From: Chiloscyllium plagiosum
Taxonomy: Eukaryota
Assembly (NCBI RefSeq): GCF_004010195.1
Contig: NC_057755.1
Coordinates: 536,399 to 600,398 of the forward strand
Length of the DNA stretch: 64,000 nucleotides
Direction of reading: 5' to 3'
The translations under genes were made by a program, and so were the position numbers. Below the pieces are notes generated by a model that saw nothing but the letters and a program-made list of their open reading frames with translations, was not told the DNA's origin and searched no databases. This document shows, piece after piece, positions 12,401 through 25,423 of this stretch (within the stretch, counting starts at the first letter, position 1; each line of letters begins with the position of its first letter).

Positions 12401-15400
12401 ATGGAACCCTGAGACAAAAATGGAGAACACGTCCCCCGCAGGTTAGTGCAGAGGAAAAATGGGCCGAAGTGAATCAGGTGGTGTTGATGATAGCATATAG
12501 ACAGGCGGTGTTATGGGTAACACATTAACTACCTGTGAGAGGTCACCTAGACATATGAAAGTCTCAGGCTAAGGTAAAATAACATTTTGATTGACCTGGA
12601 ACGTACAAGAATGTAGTAAGCTTTTGCTGTATGTGTCATACATGGCAAATGTTTGCTAAGCCACGGGCGGTACCAAAACTAGTACCTTTGTGGCCAAGTC
12701 TCGCATTTGAAGAACATGTCTCACAGGTTATGAACGATTGTGTAAGTCACCTCCTGAAAAGAAAAAGTGGGAACCAGATCTTGTTACCATAATGGATGTG
12801 TCTACCAGATGTCTGGATTCAATTCAATTATGGAGTATCAAGGCATAAAGTGTGGTGGATGAGTTAGGATCTTTTTTCACTCGTTATGGGCTACCCGGAG
12901 AGATTCAGTTGAAGCAAGGTCAAATTTTGCTGCTTGGATGTTTAAGGAGGTTATGGATAGCTTAAGTATACAGCACTTTAAATCAAGTGCATATCGCCCT
13001 GAATCTCAGGGAGCTTTCGAAAGATGGCTTCAGATCCTGAAAACCATGTTGAGAGCAGACTCAGGAATATCCGAATGACTGGGATAATGGTATCCCGTTC
13101 GTATTATTTACCATTAGAGATGCCCCAAACGAATCTACTCAGTTCGTTCCCTTCGATTAAATATTCGGGCCTAAATTAAGAGACCCTTTGAAACTGATTA
13201 AAGAAAAATTGACAGGACGAAAGGGGGAGATCTTACACTTATATTATGTATCAGAGGTAAGGGAGATATTAAATCCAGTTGGTGAGTTAACTAAACAGGA
13301 CCCAAACTGCGCACAGAATGAAATGAAGCAGGTGGCAGACATAAGCTCTAAGAATCGGGCGTTTGCCCAAGTGGGTGACGTTTTCGTACTGTATCCAATG
13401 TTAGAAGATTCCTTCAAAGCCAATTGTAGTGGTCGCTATCAAATTGAGAAAAAAGTTGACACAGGTGAAATATCTAGTAAAGATATCAGATAGAAATAAA
13501 GGTGTCAGGTGTGTCATGTGAATATAATGAAACCGTATTTTACTAGAGAGAAAGAACGAAAGAAATATGTGTTACTTACTGCCCCGCAGAACAAGGAATC
13601 AAATCCAGATGGTGTGGATTTGGATGTGTCTCAAAATAGATGAAAAAATAAAAATATCCCTGAGGAGTTGGCAAGGCTCGTAAACTATCTGCCTCATGAG
13701 CATAGAACGCAGCTGAAAGGTTTGTTACAGCAGTACAAGGATATTTGTAAGAATCGGATGGGAGGACTAATGCTGTTGAACATGGTGTAGATGTAGGGAA
13801 TACTGCTCTAGTAAAGCAACACCCTATTGGCTTAATCCTTTCAAAGCCACGCGGGGCCAGATACACGGGGAGGCCATGCTTGCCAAGGATATCATCGAAC
13901 TGAGCCAAGCGAGTGGAATTCGCCAATTGTCTTAGTTCCCAAACTGGGTGCTGTAAAATGGTACTGTGTGGAGTATCGGCAGGTCTACGCCACTTGAAAA
14001 TCGGACTTGTATCCAATACTGACTTTGGAAGACAATGTCGAGAATGTCGGAAAAGCCAGTTACATCGCCATTTTGGACTTATTTTTGGTAACTGGACGGT
14101 ACCTTTATCAGAGAGAGCGAAATAAATTTCTACATTTTTATCCCCAAATGGGCTGCATCAGTTTAAAGTGACGCGCTTTATAATGAAGAACGCACCAGTC
14201 ACATTCCAACGACTCATACAGAGTTGAGGCTGGGTTAACAAACTGTGCAGCCTATTTGGACAATGTTGTGATCTTTTGTACGTCCTGGAAAGAACATATG
14301 GTACAGTTAGCAGAGCTCTTTGAAAGACTACGAGAAACAGAAGTAGTAAGAAACTTATACCAAACTGAATTTGCAAAAGCAGATTTGACGTTCTTGGGCC
14401 ATAACATCGGGCATGGAAGGTCAACTCATTGGAATGCAAAGATGCAGGCCATCGAGGAATTTCGATTACGAACCTTAAAAGATGGTGCTTTGATTCCTAG
14501 GACTCAACGAATTCGACTGGAACTTGGTTCCAAACTTGAGCAGTGTAATGTCACTGTTAACCAATGTGCTGAAAAACAGCAGTTTCCTTTTCAATTTTAT
14601 GTCGGTGTAAGGGGACTGTACCTTTAAGAGATTTGAAAAGTGAGCAAAGGCTTAGAGAACCACACTGATAGTACTGGAAAATTTAAAATGTATCATTTGT
14701 TTGAATAGCTAGAGCACCTGTGTTACTACGAGACAAAAACAAATTCAAATTTGATTAATCAGTTTAAATTATGCCACAAAATGTCATACTCCAATCAAGT
14801 TTGCATTTAGTATTTTAACAATATTAAAACCAATTATTAATTGTCAATTATCAATTTTCAGTTACCAGTGGTGCACACTAGGATCTTTTTTTGTTCCACT
14901 GATTTTTAAAATTTTTATAAACAACCTGGATGAGGGCGGGCATGGATAGGTTCGTATATTTGTGGATGACACGAAGTTCAGTACAGTTGTCGACCGTACC
15001 AAAGGATATTCTAAGTTTCACAGGGCTGCAGAGCTGGGTTGAGAGGTGGTAAATGGAGATTAATGCAGGAAGGTGTGAGGTGACTAACTTTGGAGGAGTA
15101 ACAGGAATGCAGATTCCTGGGCAAATGGTAAGATTCTTGGGAGTGTGGATAAGCAGAGACATGTCGGTGTCCATGTATATAAACCCTCAATGTTGCCACC
15201 CAATGTGTTAGGGCTGTTAAGAAGGCATATGGTGGGTTAGCTTTCAGTAACAGAGGGATCGAGTTTCGGAACCATGAGGTCATGTTGCAGCTTTACAGAA
15301 CTTTGGTGCGGCTGTACTGAGAGTATTGCATGCAGCTCTGATCACCACATTATTGGAAGGATGCAGAAGCTTTGGGAAGAGTTCAGAGGAGATTTACTCG

Positions 15401-16340
15401 GATGTTGCCTGGTATGGAGGCGAAGGTACTACGAGGAAAGTTTGAGGGACTTGAGGCTAAATCATCAGAGAGAAGAATATTGTGAGGTGACTAAATTCTG
15501 ACATATAAGATTATCAGAGGTTTAGATCGGATGGAAACGGAGAGCTGCTTGCCTCGCATGGTAATGGCTAGCACGAGAGGACAGAGCTTTTAATTGAATC
15601 GTGATAGATATAATACATATGTCAGAGGTAGCTTCGTTACTCAGAGAGTAGGAGGGGCGTGGAACGCACGGCCTGCCACAGTCGTGGACTCGACAAAGTT
15701 ATGGGCATTTAAATGGTCATTGGTTAGGAATATGAACGAGAATTAAAGAGTGTTGATTAAATGAGCTTCAGATTGGTTTCCCCGGTTTGGCGCAACATCG
15801 AGGGCCGAAGGGCCTGTAGTGTACTATAATGTTCTATGTTCGATGTTCAATGAACCTATCGACTGTTTTTGGGGTATAATGTCAGACTTTTAGAGCAATC
15901 AGCCAGAGAGGCAAAGAGAACTGCGAAGCCAACAATTCATACAGCCTGCTCAGCAGAGCAGCTCTATTCAAGGTGCCTTTATCTAGCAACCAGCTGTGAA
16001 GCAGAATCCCTCAGAATAAGAAAAGAAAACAGAGGACATTCGGCAGAGCAAAGTGGTTGCGAACTATGACTTTCTTTTCTTAATCGTGACCTGGATTTGT
16101 TTTATCACACCAGCATAGTAGAGGCGAAGATAAAAGATAGATTTAGAAAAAGGAGTTGTAAACAGTTGACAGTTTCTTTACTCTGTTAGACTTAATTTAT
16201 AAAGTTGTTAATTTTAACTTTAATTAGTGACTTTTTGGATAATTTATTGCATCCCTAATTTTACCAAATCATAGCACTGGGAGAATATTTTCTGTGTTGC
16301 TTGTTGAAATTATCAGAGTGATTTAACCTGTTTCTTAACA
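9485..16340 (+). mobile_element. Decayed Gmr1-type gypsy LTR retrotransposon (LTR-PBS-gag-IN-RT, RNase H deleted, LTR-like 3' end split by CR1)
   Basis: 5' LTR ends CATAACA at 10229, followed by a tRNA-Pro-like PBS TGGGGGCT. Gag: WPKDLWVILVQ..YRQRFR and zinc knuckle CFHCNGVGH (~11475). Integrase remnants at 12540-13200 (RYGLPGEIQ, SAYRPESQG) precede RT (SPIVLVPK, KNAPVTFQRL, YLDNVVIF). LTR-like sequence at 14600-14850 and 15850-16340. Confidence 0.85.
14862..15850 (+). mobile_element. CR1 3' fragment nested in the LTR
   Basis: RT C-terminal similarity to the other CR1 copies; tail GTTCTATGTTCGATGTTC. Confidence 0.85.
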
Positions 16341-16379
16341 ATGCACACACAGACATACAGTTATACTAAGGTATATGAA

Positions 16380-17210
16380 ACTACTGATCAAACAATCTAT
16401 GTGTCTGCCCGGAGAGTAATGGAAGATCTTAACATCTAACTGGGTCAGTAGGGAAGGTTCAGATGTCACGTTTAAACATGGCAGCTCCAAGCCTGATTCA
16501 TTTTAAAGCTGCTTAATACTGACTTTAAATAATTGGGCAGAGGCAATTGACAGACGAGAAGGGAGCATAATTTTTAAGGTGAAAGATAAGCGATTTTGAG
16601 GGGTTTGGAGGGAAAGGTTTTCAACCAGAGAGAGGAGGATCTCATAATTCAGTGCTTCGGACTTTACCTGGATGATGAACACTTGAAGTGTCATAACGTT
16701 CACTATTTTGAGTGTGGCGCTGAAGTCTGGAACAAGTGTTGGTTTAGTGCAGTCTTGAAACACAATTTCAATATACTGAAGGGACTTTTGGTAGGGTTCT
16801 ATGGTTCCAAGAATTACTGCTGGGGTCAGGTTGGAAACTGAAACATTGTGATCAGATTAATCAAAGAGCTGTCGTTGCTGGAAACATGAAACAGAAATAG
16901 AATTAATTGGCGAAACTCAACAGGTGCGGCACCATCTCTGGAAAGAGAAACAGTGTTACCAGAATCACTCTTAACCTGGACTTCTTCATCTGAACATGAA
17001 TTACTGGACTCAAAACGTCATCACAGCTTTCCTGCTGCACAAGACGCTATCCTTGCAAACAAAGGAGAGGTGTTCATTCCGAAAAGGAAATTGAGGTTCA
17101 AAGTGTTGATATTCATCGACTATGGAACATTTGTTCGACTGCACTCAGTATACAGGAGGTTGTTCTCGGCGTTATGTTCCAAAACGATGAATTGTTGCAC
17201 TTGAGAAGAT
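16380..17210 (-). pseudogene. Orphan intron of a probable fourth GPR139-like paralog
   Basis: Colinear similarity to 50770-51640 (intron of paralog 2); shared motif AAAGTGTTGATATTCATC also present in the intron of the intact gene near 30358. Confidence 0.6.
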
Positions 17211-18839
17211 GCAATTATTCAATTGAAAATGCGAACAGAGTTGACAACGTTCTGTTTCATCATTTTAGGCACCAAATACCATCTAAGTCCTCACTGTGAT
17301 GATAAAGTGAGGACCTGTGAAATAAGTGTATCCTCATGACTTGTTTTTGGAAAGACAACAATTCCTTTTAATGTTTAGCAAATATTCTAACTTTTTATGT
17401 CCATTGATTCAGCAAGGAATGCAAATTTCAAATCTTGAAATGTGAACTTTCTTTTGCATTTTCTGCGTTGTCTGACTTAAATAGTTTTCGAATGTGCTTG
17501 TTGATATTTTATGAATAAAGTACATAATACAGAACAAACAAACAGTCCACGTTTGCAATAACTGAGTGTGGTTGCTCCAATCTGTGTATAATAAAATATA
17601 ATATCACAAAAACCCGAACTCCGTGATTCCCTCTTACGTTCTGATCATGTCAGGCATACATTCAATTTAAGCTGATAATCCGAATACCCAGCAGTTCATG
17701 GACAGAACGTGAGTTCACAAAATTGACTTACAAGCACTTTATTGAAGAATGACAATAACTAAACAAGGCACGCATTGTTAACCTAATGACCAAATTGACA
17801 AATTCGTCTGTTGTAACCTCAGTTAAAATTATTCCTTCCTACGAAGAATGACTTCATGCATTGTAAAAATTACAAAGCTGCAGTCATTTCTTCAAGGAGC
17901 AACCACAGACTCTGAAATTCGCATATACATTCCACAGTGTTCCAACCATTCTTTCGGACTGGTGGAAATGTACAGCAGAGAAACAGGCCATTCAGCCCAA
18001 TGAAGGAATTTACGTTAACATCCCGCAATTCTTCTATGATCCCAAACAACTGCAGGATTGTTCTGCCATTCAAAGAGGTCATTCATGTCTGCATCGACTG
18101 AATGAGTTATCTACCTGTTGTAATCCCACTTTCCAGCAGATTGTCCCTTGAAGACAACACCATTTGAGGTGCAGATCCAGGTTTCCTTTAAATCAGTTGA
18201 ACTATTCCAGCTGAAACATCCCCTCCCCCGAAGCTGAGAAGTGAATTCCAGACATATGATCACCCTACAGATGAAAGGGCTCGTCATCATGTCCCCTATA
18301 ACCTTTCCCTCTTGTCCCATGGGAAAGGATCCTCCATTCGGAATGATATGGCTCCATTCAAATCCCAGAGTGTTCGGACACCTCGATCAATTACCTCTCT
18401 TTCTCCTCTGTTCCGGTGAAAATGACCTTAACCTATCCAACCTTCCACGATGATGCTGTAATGTCCACATATTAGCAACATTCTTGTAAATCTCTCTTAT
18501 TCTCTCCTCACTACAATTCTGTCCTCAAAGTTAGGTGGTGATCAAAACTGAGCATCAAATCGGAACTGTGAGAATCTAATGTCGCATGTACTTCCCGTGT
18601 TCTCGGTCTGCCAGGGGGAGAGGGAATTTGTTTTGGGTTGGATCTTTTGCAGGCTGACGGGGTAGTAAATTGGGGTGGGGTAATATGGTATTATACCTCA
18701 GTATGGTTGTCCGGTCAGGGTCTATGATATATAATGGAACTGGAGGGAAGCAGTTGGGGCATAGTCTGATCGAAGTATGGGGTTAGTTAATCAGTTCCTC
18801 ACAAGTTAGACAATGTATTTAACACCCTCACCTCACCTC

Positions 18840-20950
18840 TGTTGTGCTACCAGCTGACGCAATCACGGATCAAGCGAAACCCCTGGTGGAAATCGAGCTT
18901 GATAGATTAAAACCTTATTTCCTTTGATTTCACGAAGTGACCTCTTCCTGAATTGTCCAAACCCCAAACTGCAAATAATGTTTAGGCAAAATAACAGGAG
19001 TTCATTATAAAAAAAAAGTTGATTAAACAGAGTAAATCAAGCTACTCACTTAACAGAGTAAATCAAGCTACTCAGTTAACATGGCCTGTTTAACCTCTTC
19101 ATAAATCAAGTACTAATCTCAAAGAAATGCATACATGAAAAGAAAACAAAAAGTTTTTTTTTAATTTATTGGACAAAACAGTGCTCCCGGTGTCCATATG
19201 ATACTCATACCAGAATCTCCGCATCTAATGTTTGATAAAGTGGCTTGTGACTTCCATGATTAACCTGGAACTCCATTAAACTTCTTCTTGGAGCTAAGAG
19301 ACAGCTCAGTGCCAATATACTCAGTTTTAAATCAAGTCTTCAGACCCTTGTTTAAAACTCAACAATACTGGTCTGCAGTGAACACAAACTTTCCATTCCA
19401 CGATAAGGTGATTGATTAAATCTCTCATTCCCTTCTCAAGAGCACAGATTTACACACCCAAAAAGTTCCAGGATCTTAGCAGGACTGAAGGAAATAACAA
19501 ATTTGATTAAAATGAAACTGAATTACTTTGTCTTTTGGGCGTACGACAAAGTACATAATCTACAAAACCCCGAAAATTCCTTAATTCTCGCTTAGTTCGA
19601 TGAAGTGGTATTCCCACTGTTCCTTCAATCCTTTCAGGACTAATTATCCTTTTTCCCTCACTGACCAATTGTCCTAACTGTTTCATTTACATTTCTACAT
19701 AGTGTAACTTATTCCTTGAGACCCTCTTCATTATTTTCTGGAGCAAACGTCGTCACGATGAGACGTAAACCACTTTCTAACTTCAATCCCAAACATTCCC
19801 GGGGACTCGAACCCCTGTTAAACGATGGGGACTCTAACCCCAAATATACCCAGGGGACTCTAACACCTATTAAACCATGGGGACTTGAACCTCAAATATA
19901 CCAGGGGACTCTAACCCCAATTCCTCGTCGGAAAGAAATTGACCAAGTCTCTTCCTAATAAGTTGCTCCCTATGCTCGGAATATCTAACAATTGTCCTTC
20001 AACTTTTCCTTCATTTTTTTTCGATCGTCACTCCGCCTTTCCATCGTCTGGGGCTTCTTTATTTACCTGTGGTAAACTCTTATCAGTGCTCTCTACTCTT
20101 GGTTTCGTAGTGTAGGATTTCCAATTCGCCCAACTTCTATCCCTCAAAGGACGAAGTTCTGGCCAGGAGCTTGTCTTCTGCACCAACAGGTATCATCTGC
20201 TAATTCCGCTGCATTCTCACTTCCTGAACTTTCTGTTCCTTTACGTGAATTCTTACCATCTCTGCAAGTGAGTTTTTATAACTCCCTCATCAGAATAATC
20301 TTTCAGGCATGCACCAATCGTTCAAATGACTCTTTAATTCCTTCGAACTCAACATAAATCTGCCCTGGCTCCTCCTTTATGTTTCTGAACTACTGTCTAT
20401 ATGCTTCCGGTACCAATTTATAAACAGTTAACATGGCCTGTTTAACCTCTTCATAATCTCTTGACCCCTCATCTGACAGTGCAGCAAATACCTCGCTAGC
20501 TGTGCCGATCAGTTTAGTCTGAATTAGTATTACCCATAAATCCTCGAACTACTCTATCTCCCGAGCTAAGTTTTCAAATGAAACAAAGAAGGCTTCAACA
20601 TCTTTCTCATTAAAACGTGGCAGAGTTTTGACATATTTATATATATATATTGCTACCTTCTCTTTTAACATCCATTCTGTTGACTTTACTGATTAAGTCG
20701 CAACTTGTCAAGTTCAAATTCACTTTATTTTTGCACAGCTAAGAACCTTATCTCTTTTTCCCCTCTCACTCTTTTCTACATGCTGTCACGGTCTACTCCT
20801 GTTGTTAGTCACGGGTTCTATCCTTTTCTTGACTACTTCGTCATCCGTGGCTACCGTCATTTTTGCCTTCTATTTCTGCTTCTAATCCGTCTCCTTACAA
20901 TCACATTCTGTGCCCCACTTATCAATCCATTCGGTGAGTTCTCACCTCAC
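18840..20950 (-). mobile_element. Gmr1-type LTR element remnant (gag plus LTR-like end)
   Basis: Minus-strand LPRFNEKDVEAFFVSFENL...YRQ is homologous to the gag at 10900-11250; LTR-like end at ~18840. Confidence 0.7.
19800..19920 (-). repeat. Five ~26-bp tandem units each carrying GGTT(C/A)GAGTCCCC
   Basis: Repeated GGGGACTC(G/T)AACCC on the plus strand with alternating spacers. Confidence 0.85.
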
Positions 20951-20989
20951 CCATCTATTTTCTGAATTACCACTCCCCCCCCCCCCCAA

Positions 20990-22000
20990 TTTGGAAACTT
21001 TTGTCCCCAGTACATGTACTCTCTTTCCAGTTTCTCAAAATCCGTCCCAACCGACTTTTTGGAGGGATGGTGTCAGGGATTATTCATTTTCCATTTTCTT
21101 TGCCCGGTGCCCTTTTTTTTCTATTCATACGACCCAGGGTGATCAAATGTAGCCCGTCAATTTGAATCTCGTATCTCACCCCCAAGTCACCAAGGCAATA
21201 CTTAATAGTCTCTTCACTGCACTCGGTCCGTGCACAGAGTTGCCTGACTGCAGCTCTGCCCACCATCAACGATGGGGAATCAAAACATTGGAACCCCTTT
21301 CCTGGTTCAGAATGACTCCATTTGAATTTTGTTCAGTGACCGGGAGGGGCACCCACCTCCAAGAAGCACAGGACCATTCTAAAGGTGAATGGGATGCATC
21401 TTCTCACATGTTGATGGTGCCTACTCCACCACTGATGGCAATATCCCAGACGAGCTCCCAGTTGTGAGATACGAAGCTCACCGATAAATAAATTTAGTTA
21501 GTCAAACTCTGAAGCAGCAATTTTATTCAAGCGTTCTTGTAAGAGTGGGTGTACCGAAATCGGCAAACCGCTGAACAATATCAGCATATTATTATACAGT
21601 CTCTGTGAGTGTCTCGATACTCCCCCTTTTACCCCATTGGTAACTTTTGCTGTTGTGCATAGCCTATCACAAGCTTTAGCTTCCCTCCACCTCTGTTTAC
21701 TTCTCCCACTACTCTAAGCCTATCGCACATTACTCTTGTTTGTTCTATTCCTTATTTGGTGTCTGCCTCCGTACAAACGATTTGTGGTCGTGCTAAACTG
21801 TCTTATGGTCTGGTTTTGCTTTTTGCCCACTTCTGTTCTGCGGTTGGTTCTTAGTATGCACATACCCTCATGATTCAGCCTTGTGCTTTCTGCAGAAGCA
21901 ATATCTCTGTGCATTTTCCACAGATTTTTATAACTTGGCTCTTAAGCCGCACTCAGATCTCCTTTCGCAGTTCATGTGTTAAGTATAGGACATTCATACA
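20990..22000 (-). mobile_element. 5' remnant of an older class I ERV (5' LTR 22000-21463, PBS-Pro, leader, gag start)
   Basis: TGT..ACA LTR with CCAAT/TATA/AATAAA on the minus strand; PBS TGGGAGCTCGTCTGGGAT (21460-21443); gag IPPKSRLGRILRNW from 21068, homologous to the gag start of the large provirus. Confidence 0.75.
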
Positions 22001-23362
22001 ATATATCACCACTGTGTTAATCCAATAAACCATTCAAACTGACGCTGTAATTGTGAAGATTAAATACATTTCTCACCATCACCAAAGGACAAAACATGGC
22101 AATGCCCCTTCTCTGGTGACCGCACATGCTCGGTACTGGGTTAACCGCATGGGCCCTCGGTCCCGGGACCGGATGTTGTCTTTCCCGTGTGACGAAGGAG
22201 CAATGGTGGACATGCGCACTTTACAGATTTTTAACTTTGTTCACCTCAGTCCAACACCAGCACCTCTAAATCTTCACAGATCCCTGTTATTTCCCTGCCA
22301 GCGGTGCGGCTCTCGCGGTGACAGTTGAACAGCGAGCCTGCGCGATGCTTAGGATGGGATTTCAGTTTGCGTCTGTCCCGATTCGTTTCGCCAAGCACCA
22401 GTTAGTCCCGTTCAGCCAATTGACAATTTGACCACTTTAAGCGTCACATGTATCTGGGCATTTAAACCTGGGCATGTTGTCATGGCTGTGCTGAGTGGCT
22501 AATCCTTTCTGGAGAGAGTTGAGTTTTTAAACTTGGATTGCAAACAATGTTGGAGTGGCGTGAAGGAAGACCAGAGGAGGGGCCAGGAATAGTCCATAGT
22601 CCAGGCAGGGCAGTTCAGTAGAGTAATTCAGCTTGTAATTAGAAATTGGAGTCAAAGAAATGTCCAGCACAGAAAACGGCCATTCAGCCCATTGTGTTGC
22701 AAACAACCACTTGCCTATTCTCGTGCCATTTTGCAACTCTTAGCCCATGGGGATTAGTTTCTCTTGGCATCACAAGTGCATATCTCAATACTTAATAACT
22801 GATAAAAGTATTTATGTCTCTACCACCCTTACAGGTAGCCAGTTACAGATTCCTACCACTCTTTGTCTGAAAAATACTTTTCTCACATCTCTAAACGTTC
22901 TGTCCCTTAACTTTAATCGAATTCTCTTAGTTAGTCATTCAGTTCTAAGAAGAAAAAGTTTTATTTCTATCTGTACTATCTCTATCCCTCAAAATTTTGT
23001 ACAGCTCAGTCAGGTTCCCCCTGAGCTTCTCTGATATAAAACAATCCAAGCCTCTCTCGTCTCACTTCAGAGGTGAAAACTCGAGACTTGGTCAATCTTC
23101 CTTGTCTGTTTCCTTGTGATGTCTTTTATGATGGCGACAGTAGCAGGTTGGGCAGCGTTTGGGCCCCTGAACCCATTAACTTTCAATCACGAGGCAATTG
23201 CATCCTTATTTCTACTTTGCTCTTTTGTCTTCTCTTCCTTTGGATGGTGACACTGGAGGAAGACGGCATCAATGGCAGGTATGGTGGCAGTATTGGAATC
23301 CTGGCAACGGCAGCGAGTATGCTCAAGTACGCAAACCAATTATTTTTATTGACTACACTCAA

Positions 23363-23679
23363 TTTTTTTAGATTAGATTACTTACAGTGTGGAAACAGGC
23401 CCTTCGGCCCAACAAGTCCACACCGACCCGCCGAAGCACAACCCACCCATACCCCTACATTTACCCCTTACCTAACACTACGGGCAATTTAGCATGGCCA
23501 ATTCACCTGACCTGCACATCTTTGGACTGTGGGAGGAAACCGGAGCACCCGGAGGAAACCCACGCAGACACGGGGAGAATGTGCAAACTCCACACAGTCA
23601 GTCGCCTGAGGCGGGAATTGAACCCGAGTCTCGGGCGCTGTGAGGCAGCAGTGCTAACCACTGTGCCACCGTGCCGTCC
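23363..23679 (-). mobile_element. HE1-like tRNA-derived V-SINE
   Basis: A box TGGCACAGTGG, B box GGTTCAATTCC, V-domain GGGTTTCCTCCGGGTGCTCCGGTTTCCTCCCAC, CR1-like 3' end and (TCTAA)n tail. Confidence 0.93.
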
Positions 23680-23804
23680 AGGTTGTTACAATTGGTGTTA
23701 ATGAGACAGTGGAACAGAGATACTAAGCCAGGAAGCTTGCGGTGTTCACTGGCGAAATGAATGATGCCAGAGAGATATACAAACCTTCATTGAATATTGA
23801 ATGG

Positions 23805-23928
23805 GAGAAAGTGAAGACTGCAGATGCTCGAGATCAGAGCTGATAAATGTGTTGCTGGAAAAGCGCAGCAGGTCATGCAGCATCCAAGAAGCAGGAGAAT
23901 CGACGTTCCTGGCCTATGCCCTTCTTCA
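23805..23928 (-). mobile_element. Short hammerhead-bearing non-autonomous element with 13-bp TSD
   Basis: TSD GAATATTGAATGG at 23792-23804 and 23929-23941; minus strand CTGAAGA-AGGGCATAGGCCA-GGAACGTC; related copies at 31760-31846 and 35996-36068. Confidence 0.75.
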
Positions 23929-24489
23929 GAATATTGAATGGTTTGTTGATGTGACACTGCCACAAGGTTTTGGGTGCAAGAATAGAACTGAGGTTCAGAA
24001 CAATTGTTCTAGAGAGGACTAGACTCCGAGGGTTGGCTCAGTTAAGAGGAATAAATTAAAACTTCCAAATACTGTCTTTTGTAACACCCTTCCCGAAACA
24101 CAAACTCCAAGTAACTATGCTAATTTCGTTGTTACATCAAACTACTGCTAAGCCAGTGTACACAGAAATGACCCCGATAGCGAGCTCAAACATGACACCC
24201 AAATCAAATGAATTCCACACACACTCCAGAGGACATTGGTGTCAAGAATCAGGAATCTTAGGAGTAGGAAGAACAGCCTTATCTCCAGTTCCATGAGCTG
24301 TAATCTGTGTAGTATACACTTTCTAATATCATCTTTTCCCAAAGCAGATTTTAAACGTGCATAGACATTTAAGAACTATTATTCAGGATATTAGAGGAAA
24401 AGGCAAGGAAACTTTGTAAAGTTGTACATTTATCTGTCTTCAGATTCAGAAATATTAAATGATATCTTCGAGTCAACCGCGTCTCATTA

Positions 24490-25320
24490 ATGTAAAACAA
24501 GGCCCACTAAATAAACAAATATATCAGTCCATACAAAAACGAAGCTTCGAGGGGATATTGCCAATGGCTATGTGGAAATGGCCAACATGTTGATCAATTA
24601 TTTTACGTCAGCATTAACAGGAGAAAGAAAAGGAATATTTTCATTGATGCCCTTTGGTAAGTAAACTGCCATCCTCACATGGTCTAACTGATGTGTGACT
24701 CCAGACTTACAGTAAGGTGGTTGACTGTTAGTTGCTGTCTGAGATGATATATAAATGCTGGCCTTTCAGCGACTCTCTCGTCACATGTAAAGTAACAGAA
24801 GTTATGCTGCAGCTGTACAAAACACTGGTTAGATCCTACTTGGAGTACTGGCAGCAGATTCAGGTACCACACTTTTGGATGGATGCATTGCCTTGGAAGA
24901 CGTACAATGTAAATTAGCAAAAATGTTACCTGGACTTTAAACCTGGACTGGAAAGATTGCACATATTACGCCTGGTTTCTTTAGAAACGAGAAGACAGGG
25001 TAGATAAAGATGAGATGTTTCTAATGGTTGGGGATTGCAGAACAAAAGGGACACAGTCTGAAAATTAGAACCAGAGCATTCAGGGGCATGCTCGGAAGCA
25101 TGTCCACACAGCAAGGGTGATGAATGTTTAGAAGTCTCTTCAACAAAAAGCAGTGGATGCTGCACCAGTCGTTAACTTCAAATCCGAGATTGATTTTCTT
25201 TTGGTAAGCCTGGGTATTAAGGGATATGGTCTATAGTTAGGAATATGGGGCTAGGCTACAGATTAGCCATTGAATGATGGAATAGGCTTGAGGGTCACTC
25301 CTTTCTATTGCTATATTCCT
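24490..25320 (+). mobile_element. Old CR1 ORF2 fragments
   Basis: VMLQLYKTLVRSYLEY (ORF 24732-24917). Confidence 0.65.
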
Positions 25321-25423
25321 CTGACTATTAAACTCCTCCAGAGCACTTCCAAGGCATTGACATCCTTTAAACTGCATCCGTGAAAAACTTCTACTAATCC
25401 CTAATGATCCCGCCCCCCCAAAC

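Noticed and set aside
23600..23679. tRNA gene
   Set aside because: It is the tRNA-derived head of the SINE.
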